Shown here piece by piece: positions 52,366 to 64,000 of a stretch of 64,000 nt of DNA. The notes beneath the pieces are model-generated. The model saw only the letters and a program-made list of their open reading frames with translations, had not been told where the DNA came from and did no database searches. The translations under genes were made by a program, and so were the position numbers. Positions within the stretch are counted from its first letter, which is position 1. Each line of letters starts with the position of its first letter. Source of the stretch: Balanoglossus misakiensis (Eukaryota; Animalia; Hemichordata); contig CM082577.2 in the NCBI GenBank assembly GCA_040954595.2, positions 9,821,846 through 9,885,845 of the forward strand, read 5' to 3'.

Positions 52366-53275
52366 AATCAAATCAACTCAAATCGATTGATCGAGCGATC
52401 AAAAACAACAACCAAAAACCAATCTCCTATCCTCTAACTGCCGAAAACCATTTCTTTTATGAAATAGGTACACTTTCCGTCCAATTACCTTTGAAAAAAA
52501 GCATCTCTAATCACACACAGATACCGTCCTCAAGTCGTTGACCTCTAATCACAGAATTTATGGGCCACCATATGTCGGAATGCATCAATACCAAGGTTCC
52601 TCATGTATTGTCTTTTTATGTAGCATTAAAAAGGTCGGTGACCGTTTGCTAAATCAACCATCCTGAATAAACGGTAATGTGTTCACGTACAGTAGAGGAC
52701 GAGAACTACATGTATTAAAAAAAGTTCTTATTTTCATCGCGTTTTATGGTTCGTTTAATCTGCAGAGTGTCTGACGAGCTCCACAGCCTATCCGAGAACC
52801 CGCGACAGAGTATTGCATGCAATAAAGCACGGAATATAAATAAGAGATTGTTATTGAGACGGGTCAGCGCATCGATGTGTAATTCAATCATAACGAACAC
52901 GTGTCCGGATAGCTTTTCCATCAAAGAGCAGGTGCACATCCGAGTCGTTTGTTTTTACATTTGGAAATGTGCATAGAAGTGTCCTAAACATCGTTAGGGT
53001 GGCGGAGTTGCCCAAAATTTAAGCAAAGCGTACTACCGTATCACTTAATATCGTTGAAATTTGGTGCACAACTAACGCGTTTTATTGATTTATTAAACGT
53101 GAGTTGTTGTCCCTTATCTTTGACTGACGTGAATGAGATTGAGAATTCAATGTAAGATTTTTTGATAACCGATAATACCAGACACAGGCCGGGGTTGGGC
53201 CACGTGTCTGTGAGGTATGTAGTGAGAGCCTACACAAAAAGAAGACACAGGACTTGTCAACCGAACTTACTCTGT

Positions 53276-53680
53276 TAAAATGTGGTGCAACATTTCAACA
53301 TTTTCATCCATTTTTCTCTAATTTTAGACCAAGTGGATATTATTTTCCATTGTCTTCAGGTCTTGATCAACATTTGAGAAAAAATGTGGAATAATTCTGA
53401 GGGTTAATTTCAGTTGGAGGATGACGACAAGTGACTATGGCGTCGAAGGGTTAGCGGGAACCGCGTATTAAACCAAATTGGCGCAACATTTCCATCCATT
53501 TTTCTCCAATTTCCCCCTCAATTTTAGACCAAGTGAATTCAATTTTCCATTGTCTAAAGGCCTTGATCAAAATATGAGAAAAAAAACGTGGAAAAAAGTT
53601 ATGAGGGTCATTTTTAGAAAAGATGACGACAGGTGACTATGGCGTTGAAGGATTAACGGGATCCGAGTATAAAACCAAAT
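53276..53680 (+). repeat. Head-to-tail dimer of a ~200-bp repeat with a possible piggyBac-like end (GAAGGGTTA)
   Basis: Two diverged units (~53276-53474, ~53475-53680), each with AATTTTAGACCAAGTG, CTTGATCAA and GATGACGACA.GTGACTATGGCGT.GAAGG.TTA.CGGGA. Confidence 0.8.
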
Positions 53681-56289
53681 AACAGTAAAAAGGCGGCAAA
53701 CGATTCATTTCAAGGTTTCTGTCTAGTTTGGTGCTGGCAAATAGATGTAAAATAACGTAGCAGATGGTGCAGACAAGGATAAAGGATGTGTGATAACGGC
53801 GGTGACCTTCCCGCCAAAATCGGCATCATTTTCACGGTCAAATTTCGAAAGGCAGCAGACAAGTGGGAGGTCATATTCCTTTGAATTCTGCTCTTTCCAT
53901 CCGTCTCCGTATTATCACGTCCACTTTGGTTTTATGATAATTTTACTGATATGTCAATCTGTAATACGATAGCACGTAGAAGGAGAGGCGACAGCCTGGA
54001 AAGGTATGACGTCACGGTGATCTCTATACGAGCAACTTGACTGGGTAGCCTGCTCGCCGATTTCTTACTTTCTCGTGGTCGGTGCACAACGAACACATGT
54101 AAACATGCAACACTGATAATTTATATAATATAGTCATCGATTTTTTGGTCTTTCTTCACTGAACATTTATGCTACTTTTTAAACTAGTTACATTTGGCGA
54201 TGTTGTCAGACGTGCAAGCTCTTCCATTGCGCAGAAAAGAAACCTTGTTTTTCGGGTGTTTCTTCTATTTTCATGCCTGTGGGGAATTTTGTAAATAAAA
54301 ATCGAAATAAGCTTAATTACATGTATGTGTGTTCGTCGTACATGTATCTGGTTGAAAGCTCACGGTTTCTATCTATCTCCATTATATATGCACTTTCCGT
54401 GTGTATCTGATAATACCTCTATCCTTGAAAGAGGAAGTCGGGGCAATCTTCCACGCCAAGAAGTACATGTACACTGTATAAAAGAATGATGAGAGTAGGG
54501 GCTATGATTCATGTCTGGGGATCGGGCTTTGTGTTGAATTTTGGATCCCCCTTTTGTCTGCAACAATCTTCTCTGGGTACTGGCGGTATAAACGCATATA
54601 ATTGCTATAATCTGGTATGGTGCATACATCCCCATCCGTGCTCAATACACCGGAGGCAACTTATAACTATGAACCACCACTAGCCAAACATTGGGGGTGC
54701 ACTGGGTGTAGCCAATCAGAGATTTTCACTTGCAATGTTGGTTGCAACCGTTACGCGAAAAAAGCGCGCCGCCACGTTTCCAGGACGACACTTCGCCACT
54801 CCCCTTTCAAACAAGTAAATGGACACGTGACCTTGTATGGTGATCATGTATCGTGAACGGATCTTTTAGTTAGAAAATTACGCTTTCTGGGGCAAAATGG
54901 TCAGAAAGATTTCCCTTTTATTAATAGAAATTATAGCTTAATCTCTGGATTAAAAGAACACATGACCCGAAATTCTTCCCGTTACTCTTAACAAGTGTGC
55001 GAAAATAACGAGCATCCGCGAAAAGATTACGTAGTTTCGAGACGTACATTTGTGTTACTAACATCCGTCCCAAAAATGAACGTGTAAAGCTGACATTGCC
55101 CGGGAGAAGAACAAATCATTATAGTACATGTGAAATGTGAAAAATGGTGGTTGTTGGCCCCAAGGATAAGTTGGCGTCTCCAGTATACTGAGTCTGTATA
55201 GACACTACCTAATTGACTCATTTGATCTTGTTCCTCATCAAATCAGGCATCTTCGATTCATCATAGTTAGAATGTAGCCTATACATCCGGAGAGTTTTTT
55301 CTGGAAGAGGTGTCCGTGAACGTTTACTACCTGTTGGGTTACACGTGCACGTTATCACGGACTTCTTCTTTTTGGAACGAAGTCACCAATTGTAATTAGA
55401 GTTCTTTTCGCTAAGAATCTACAGCTCATGGTTAACTTTTGCTATTTTTGCACAGTCCAATTCTTGAATTGACATATTCAAGGATACGTTTATAGTATCC
55501 ACTATGAAACATCAATTTCCCCAGTGCGAAATTCCAAATTGCAAGAATATGAGGACAAATATGCAGACTTGAATCACATATGTTTTGTGGGAATTAGCAG
55601 CTGCGACATGGGTCTCAACATTCGAGGTTGCGCTGAATTTCTTGCAAGCAGAGAACGTGTCTGCCAGGGTTCCTGTGTGAACCGGTTTGTACTGCACAGA
55701 TCCAGAATTGTATTCTAGGCACTTTGCAATTTAGCTCATCCAGGCACGCGACCAACGAGAGAGACTTCTGACGACTAAATCCACAACCTCGACCATATCT
55801 CCCCCAAATTTAACTATTGTCCACGATGCCCCCAAGCATCGAAGTGGTACCTCCTCAGCGGTGACTGACTATATTCAGCCTGGCTTGGCAAAGGCACTGC
55901 TGTTTGATTTCCCACCGGGACTCACGCTGCACTTCACGGCGGGGGTAACTATACCTGGCACGACCTTGGGTAAACCTTGCACGCACATGGCATTCACCAG
56001 TGACCGCCGGCACCCACGCAACGCTCCACAGACTCGGAACAAGAGTGATGGAGTTAGACACGCAAGATTTTCACGACCCCTGTTTGAACTATAAATACGC
56101 TTCCTCGTCAACCCCGGTGAAATATACATTGTTATCATGCCCTGCCGCCAAGTTTTCTGAGGTTATTCGAAATTAAAACATGCCACAAGTCTTGGCCCAA
56201 GGTCTAAATACAAAAATCTGCTAAGTATCTTTAAGTTGATGAGTTCATAATTAGCATGATATAGGCTACACGTCAGATCACAACGTTAA

Positions 56290-56483
56290 AGGTATACGGT
56301 CACCTATGGAAAATTAGCTATACATGTAGTTACTAATGATGGCAAAATGAGATCCAGCCAATCACAGATTTTCAGTGGGTGGCACACGCGAAAAAAAGAG
56401 CGCACCATATGTTCTTTAGAACGCTCAAATACGTCATTACAGCCATATATGGGCGTATGTAAATTGGAGGTGACTGTACACCT
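56290..56483 (-). mobile_element. Family A MITE copy 4 (opposite orientation), TTAA TSD
   Basis: ttaa|AGGTATACGGTCACCT...AGGTGACTGTACACCT|ttaa; internal AGCCAATCACAGATTTTCAGTGGGTGGCA is the reverse complement of the family core. Confidence 0.85.
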
Positions 56484-57972
56484 TTAAGTTGCAAATTCAT
56501 CAAATGTGTCGATAAACGGCATGCAACCAAATGACATTTTATTAAATTCAATGACAGTCTATATCTATGGCCTAATCGTAATCTAACTACAACAAAACAA
56601 CTTCATTAAATAATAACGACCATGACATACTCTCGAACCAGTGTTCCTGAACGGTATGTGTGAATTTTGGTCAAATTCAGAGAAACTGACTGATGAATAT
56701 CTACGTCACATTCTGCTTCATTGCCAACAGTCATGTAAATGTAAACGAACGAATGCCAATTTCATAGAAACACCTACATGTACATATATATCAGAAGAGC
56801 ATCATAAATTTCTCGTCATTTGTGTAGCATCGCTTTCTTCGAAAATGACGCCTACACTGCGCAGGAGACCCTTTAAACTGTCTCCACACAAATACATATA
56901 TACACACACAGACACATACACACTGTAGTTACACAAGCACGACGGCTGCTCGGCCCGGTAATTGATTAAAGTCAGACACTACAGTACAGCACTTGAACGA
57001 GTGTCATTATTCCATCGTCGATAGAAACGTAATTGACCAGTTCATTATGAATCGAATTTCACCATTCATTTATACGTTCAGAATAGACCATCAGTAACGG
57101 GAACAGCTCTCGTTTCCCGGAAAAATCGTGCCAGAGACATGTCAGTGAACCTTGATTTTCTCCAGATCCTCTTACGAGCTTTTGAACATTTATAGTAGCG
57201 ACAGTTTCTCTGCTATAATGAAATCTATTGTGCAGTCACGGATTTCATCAACTTGAAGTCATTGACTTTTACCGCGAAGTGGCAATTTTTTACGCTCCTT
57301 TGAATTGAGTAGGCTTTCACTGTGCAGAATGGAGAAGATCAAATTCACATTCGACTGCACATTGAAAGACCGAGGTCTCGCGATTTCCCGCGAAATTTGT
57401 CGGCTCCATGGCGACATACTGAAGTATTTGAAGCGATGACCACGTGTTCCTAGGAAATGCGAAATCTGCATTTCCGCGAATTCAGCTCGTAATTTTGCAT
57501 TTCGACAGAATTAAGGCTAAAATACATTTTTAAAAATATTTCCACGCATTTTGCAGCTGACTTATCTTTAATAGAAGACTAAAATCCAAATGCGGCACAT
57601 GAAGACAAATGTTTTAATATTGTTATTTTCTTGGAATTTTCACAAAAAGGTGCCAAAAGATAAGCTTTATCTAACGAAAGAAAGGAAATACTGTGTCACT
57701 TGCTTGATTTTTGATAGAGCCGTTTAGATATTTCGACCAATGAAAGAAAAAAAAAACTATAATGCAGGAAATGTGTTGAGTATTTTGCCACATATTTTAG
57801 ACCCTTTTAGTGAAAAAAGAAAGGATGTGGACATTCTGTTTTCTATCCATACTTGTTATTGAAAATCCACTGATATACAATAGTGTATATATAAAAAGTC
57901 AGGAAAATGACATTTTCAATTTTTTTTGAGTAGCCCCCTTCCCTTAGAAGATTGAATATGTCTTAAAACAGA

Positions 57973-58346
57973 AACAATACGTGGGTTCAAAAATCTTGTT
58001 TTGAAGACGTCCGATTGAGTAAATGGTTCTGGATCTGAAAAAAACCGTAAGCTAATGCAAAATGTCTGCGTGACTTGGGGGTATATTGGATGGCGTAATC
58101 GGTTCTTCCAACGGCATGTCCGCCCACTGACCGCCCCCGGACCGACTGATACGTATCGAGACATGAGTCCCGAAAAATTAGCTCTTTATTCCCCTTCCAA
58201 TTACTTGTTTAGATAACAATACGTGGGTTCAAATATCTTGTTTTGAAGACGATGAAAATTTTTCTGAATTTTCTGCTGACGTGGAAGAAAGCTGGCTCAG
58301 GTCCGATTGATAATGGTTCTGGATATGAAAAACCGCGAAGCTAATG
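57973..58346. repeat. Nearby direct duplication of ~85 bp; second copy has a ~50-bp insertion
   Basis: AACAATACGTGGGTTCAAA.ATCTTGTTTTGAAGACG...TCCGATTGA..AATGGTTCTGGAT.TGAAAAA at 57973-58057 and 58215-58346. Confidence 0.8.
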
Positions 58347-61300
58347 GTATAAAGCACACCCCTGACGTGGGCGTGCGAACGTGCTTTTTGCAGAGTCGAG
58401 CATCGAGACGTAACTTTCTGTCGCCGCTGCATGAGAATGTGCGGCGGCTGTTGACACGAGTTGACGGATCGGTGCCGACAGAACCGCCGTCGCCGTGTCT
58501 GCAGAATCGCCAACCAGTTCAGCTGTGTAATCCCCGCCGCAAAACTTTCTTCGTCACGCGCACTGATATCTATGGCGGGGACAGGTACAAATCACTCATC
58601 CTGGAAAGTCGAAGTGTCCGCGAATCTTTGCCCAGCTGTGATCATCGAATCGCGATATCGAATGGCGTCATTGGGTTTTTCACAGAGAGATTTCTTTTGC
58701 ACGAACCTGATCGGTCGTTTTCGTTTATTGTACCCATTATATAGCATATATATTTCTTTCTCTCCCAAATACCGAGTCGTGGGCAAATACACTTAGATTT
58801 CCCATCTAACAAGAACAAAATATGTTGTTGTTTTTCTGGAAGCAACATACAGAAATGTTGCGAAACCAAAAAGGAGGCGAGACAAGAAATAAGAAAAACA
58901 GTTGCAAAGAAACCAATGGGGATTTTCCGCTCAGGGTCAACTGGTTCTTCAGTCACGTGATAGTGCGGGAAACAACAGAACAGCTGCGTATATGACAACA
59001 AGTACAGTGGTCATGAACTCGCCGAGAAACTAGATTCATCTTTACGTCGGAGTTGATCGTGAGCAAAGAAACATTGGAGAAAAGGTTCTGCACGTGTTCT
59101 GATCAACAAGGAACGTCACGCGTCTGTCTTGGAGTTTTTAGAGTGCAACAGAATACGAACCATGTCCAGACCCAGATTTACCGCCAGACGTCACGTGTTA
59201 AAATGATGCATTATATATTCCGGTGTCCCTCAATCTAGAACGATTTCCACACCCCTGCGACATTTTTATAGCAAACTACATATTGTTAAAATGCAAATAA
59301 CGGACAAAACACAACATTTATTAGCTCTAAGTTCATTTTGCACACAGAGAAGTACGGTGCTACCCAAATTAACTCCTGAATTTTGTTTACAAAAAGTATA
59401 TATTCTGCTAGTCTCTTTCTGGAGGGCAACGGAAGAAGAAGAAGAGGAGTCTGGGTAACCGAGACTAATATTCTGCACATAAATTATTCGCTGGCGTTTC
59501 CTCGGCGATTAAGACTATTAGCAAAGCAATTTCTATTTCTATGTTGCATTCTAACGATACCAAAATGACTTGCACACTGAATTTAAAACCAAGAGTTTAA
59601 TTTATTACCTAGGCTATGTAAAAGTTGAAAAATCAACTTTCAACTGTGACAATTCTACATGTTTTAATACCCTTTCCTTTCTGTGCATTTTGTTTTCGTC
59701 CGTTTGTCACGCTGTTTTCAACTTTATATTGTGACTGGCCTACACCACAGCACTATTCCTAATTTTGTCCAAATTGCCTTTTTGTAATCTGAAAGCCTAC
59801 GCTTACCAAATTATTGACAGTTTCAACATTAAGTATTCATTTCAAAGGATCTATCCTAAAACAGAATTCTTTATTTCGCAGCTGCATCAGGTGGGTCGTG
59901 CCCGCCCATAACTTCCATTTAAATTTAACCTGTTTTTGCCCTGTGGTTCCTGTAGTTGCATTGTATCATCTGTGAACTCTCACATATTGCGAAATCATCC
60001 GTCCGTGTAACATTGCCTGTCGGGGCTGCCTGAGATTCCAGTATTTCCAATGTGGTTTTATTCTTGAGCGTGGGTAGAGCGTGTCGTCACAACTGATTAC
60101 GAGAAGCCTTCAAAGGCCCGTGTCGCAGTTATATACCGAGGCGTTTGGAGTGCTGTTCTGAGCTCTGGTACTGTATTGTCAATGCGCATTCTAAATCTCC
60201 CATTAGGCCTAACATGCTTTCCAATTTCCGCGGTATGAATGTTGCAACCCAAAGACATGAATAGCGGATGCAATTCTCGAGCACTTTCTTACTGATATAA
60301 GTGTTTTTGTCCTGTGGCCTTGATTGTCTGACAAGACCTCATTCATTTTTAACCGTCAATACAAAAAAGTGTAGTCTGCCTGCATGAGGCAAAACCCTGG
60401 ACATCACATACGGTCCATTAGAAATCAATTGCATGCCTGTATGGGATATTGTGAAAGCCCATACGATTATTTTTGGAAGGAAAAATAATTTTAGTATATT
60501 TGCATTATAAGGCAAATAACAGCGCCTGATTTCTGATGTTCCAGGGGTAGCTAAACAATCTGCAATATGTCGTGTCGTGCATTATTGGAAGTACACACGT
60601 GACCCTCCTTTTTCATGCAAATAACAATGGCGCTACATATTTAAAGCCCGACGATCGTCTTATGCGCATGTGCGTAATTTCGTGTGTACAGTCACTGATG
60701 CGGCAGTCACTGATAATGGTCCGTACTCTCTCGCCATGGGATTTTGGCACAAGACGCAATGTATATTGCATATGTACATTGTACCGCCGATTACTTTGTT
60801 GTTGCCAGCAAAATGTAACTCTTATTTTCCGCCGGCGATATGCAAATGAGACGAAGAAGTCCCTGTTGATATCGTGTTGAAATGAACGCCCCAAGCTCTC
60901 TTAATTTCCTTTGCCATCCCGACCGGTGCTAATAACCAGGAATGAACCGAGTACATGTATATCCTCCCTAGTTCTTTCAATATTTTAACATACATATTGT
61001 GTCGCCAGAATCTGAGTCAAGTTACCTCAACGTGCTGTAGCTGTAACCTGCAGCCTTCGTAATATTCATGAAATATTAAAGTGTAGACATGTTTTCGTTT
61101 TTCAGACCCCAGGGTTTGACTGAAGATTTTAACTCGAGAATAGATTTCACTAAAACGGCATACAGAAAAAAAATCTGTGACGCAGTATTGAAACTTAAAA
61201 TATATATAGTTTGATATTTTGAATATCTCAACTAGCTTCGAATATGCAATGTCTTAGTGTGATCACGTATACTTAGCGAAGTCTCACGTTATATCGGTCT

Positions 61301-63441
61301 GTTGTGATTGATCGCGGCTGTTAGCCGTTATCAAGGCGGCAGATCGCAGGAACAATTACTAAATCAAGCCATTTAAAAAAAACATGGCCAAATCCATCAA
61401 TATTTTGACGGCCCCTCAGGCATGAAGCATTAAAATCAAAACACAAGATAAAAAGATTGCCCCGGGAGTGCTCTGATTGCCGTTCCAAACCGCTTGTGCT
61501 GCCTGAATGCTATGTCGGCGCATGAATGCATTATAATTACATTCTAAGATGCCTGCGACATAGAACGTCGCAGCGAACAGCCACTTTAACAGTAATTCGT
61601 TTTTTGTTTAGGGTATAGTAGCTTCGAGAAACCGCCATAACATCATGTGAGAGTTCTATAACAGTTACCCTATTTGGCATACTTAACATATGTGTGTAGT
61701 CACCGCTATTAATCGAGTGACTGCACCGAGTTTCGTGCCAGCCCCGTGGAACCTGTTCTAGACACCCATTGCGTGTATTTGGGACTGTAGACTATAGTTG
61801 AACTGACATGTTCAGTCGTGGATAACAAACGTGAGCAGAATCAGTTCATATCTGATATTCCCACTCTCAATGCAACTCTTATAGTTAGATTTGTCCAATG
61901 CCCCAGTGGCACACACTTTATACAGTTGTATTGTTCCTATAAGGAGTAACTCAGAACACAGCACGGTGTACTATAGTATGCATGCTGGATATGTTTTTAT
62001 TCATTATTTACCGTCACAGCAAACGGATCTGAGATGTAATCTTCAAGCCATCTGCGTTCTCATCACTTATTGAGTGCCTTTTACGGGAGATTATCAGCCA
62101 AACGTCGCTAAAATAGAAAAAAAATATCGTGCAATCTTTCCACTCTGCACTCCTCATACAGGTCACGTGATGAACGATAACAATGTTTGTCGTATATCTG
62201 GCATGGTGGAGAACGCTTTGCGCAAACATTACTTTATTTATATACTTGTGGTGTTACACTGCAGCACCGGTTGGAGCAGGTCTAGAACTTTCCGACACAC
62301 CCCGGCACATCTTTGCAAAATAACAAAGTGAAACCCGGGCGGACAGCGGACACATCTGGCGAAAACGCGCGTGGGAGTGGTAGGTATTCCACCGGGCCAA
62401 TTAACGGTTGTTTGCTTGGCTGGGCAGACATGTCACGTGGTAATTTGCTTACCTTGCCTTGTGCTGATGATCGTTGTTTTGATGTCGTATTGTGTAATAT
62501 GGCCACCCCCTGAAGAGATTTGCGAAATGTGGCTTCCCCGTAAAGGACATTTGTGTCAAATATGACCTCAATGTCTCCGACCCAACCCCTGTGATAATTG
62601 CAAGCTATGTTGATGCAGCAATTTCTGCATTCGCCGCACAGACCACTGCCCACGGTAAAAAAACACGAGTCGTGGACATCGTGGGAGTATGTAATATTGA
62701 ATACTTGCATGCATCTTTATAACGCGTCAGGGTCTCCAAGAGCCCCCCCCCCCCTCCCCACGGCCCGACAAACTTCACCCGTTCAAAATAGTATACCTTT
62801 GTGAGACCTCTGAAGTGAGGTGCTTTAAAGTAGGCGACGGGGTCGGCTGGAGATCGAATTTTATGTACCCTTCTTCTTCTGCTGCCTTGATTGGTGCAGA
62901 ATACCAGAAGGGTATCTTTGCCCAATCCGTACACCTGGTAATTTGCATGGTGCATGGACGCTGTCGCAATTGCCGTTTTTTGTATCTGTCTCTTGGGCCT
63001 GCTTATGAATATTGGACCTGTTTTGATGTCATACCGGAACAACACCAAGTGGGTCAGACCTTCTCGACGTACTCCTTAAAAAAACAGTGCGAAAACCACA
63101 CCGTTACGCACAGTCGCAGGAAAATGTACTGGAGCGGAGGGGGGAGGGTCCCACTGGCGCAATTAAAATGTGTTTGCTTGGCGAGAAAGACATGTTATGT
63201 ATGTAGGATTCTTCTTGGAACTATACATGCGAAAAGTCATTCATTCCCTCGCCGCCAGGTTATTTTCAGTGATTTTTTTTACAGTATTTCGCAGTTATAC
63301 TAGTAACAGCACCGACTTCACAAACAACTTACGACACGTGTCTGTGCCAGTTAATTACCAACATTTGTACATCGTCGTTTCTGTTGTAAGTTTACAGTGA
63401 ATTTTTGTTATCGCTCAAAAGTTCTCAGAGAATCATTTTAA

Positions 63442-63802
63442 AGGCACGTAAGCTGTAACTTTTGGGATAATTTTCATAATTTTTGTTTCAAACTGCACTA
63501 CCATTAGTCCATGCAGATGAAGGCAGTGAACTACATTGTATACACAAGCATTATAAACCCTATATATATAGGCATATGCAATGTACACCACTGTGACATC
63601 AGATTTTCATTTTTCATTGCAATATTGCACTTTATTTTAAATTGCAGGAATTTTCGTTTTTCTTTAATTTTTGGCGATTTTGTCATAAATAAGTGTTGAG
63701 CTTGATATATTATCATGAAATAGCATTTAATAGACATAATTAAAAGCATATATGAGATTATTTAAAACTTTAATTTTTTATCCAGTTGCAGCTTACGTGC
63801 CT
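63442..63802. mobile_element. 361-bp TTAA-flanked MITE (Kolobok-like)
   Basis: ttaa|AGGCACGTAAGCTGTAACT ... AGTTGCAGCTTACGTGCCT|ttaa (18/19 TIR match); AT-rich interior. Confidence 0.85.
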
Positions 63803-64000
63803 TTAATGTCTCTTGTATTATAGTGTTCGTTATAGGTCATTGGCAGATGTAGCATAATCGCAGACCCTGGTGTCAAAACATCGCGTTTGGCAAAAATCCC
63901 CAACCTGTCATCTCCCGGATTATCAGTCAGATTATTATCTGTTTTCACGATACTCTGCATTTCCCTTGTTTAGCCTATATTGCATCAAGCGGTCATTCAA

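Noticed and set aside
55512-56138. Cluster of short ORFs, one with a hydrophobic C-terminus
   Set aside because: In-frame stops just upstream, no convincing splice sites, no recognisable family.
58307-58744. 145-aa GC-rich ORF (and the 142-aa ORF at 62282-62710)
   Set aside because: No recognisable motifs or codon bias; lengths are compatible with chance.

Overview
AT-rich (~40% GC by eye), intron-containing animal genomic DNA. The repeat landscape suggests a marine invertebrate, possibly a hemichordate-like deuterostome (inference only). Two host genes are supportable: the last four exons of OGFOD3 (127-1913, +) and an intronless RASD/Rhes-family small GTPase (42508-43170, +) with a TATA+Inr promoter. 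The rest is a gene desert with microsatellites and mobile DNA. That includes a young 5'-truncated LINE (7804-9862, -) with a 25-bp TSD and a snap-back inverted duplication at its 5' junction, and several TTAA-flanked (Kolobok-like) and TA-flanked MITEs. The most interesting feature is a 5.7-kb CACTA-ended element (34053-39740) with perfect 21-bp TIRs, a TA TSD and CGCG-rich subterminal repeats. It has no recognisable transposase but carries a BEN-domain gene. That gene is split by a nested 391-bp hairpin element, and removing the insertion restores the reading frame and the missing end of the BEN domain. Most short ORFs in the supplied track are spurious. No rRNA, tRNA or CRISPR features were found.
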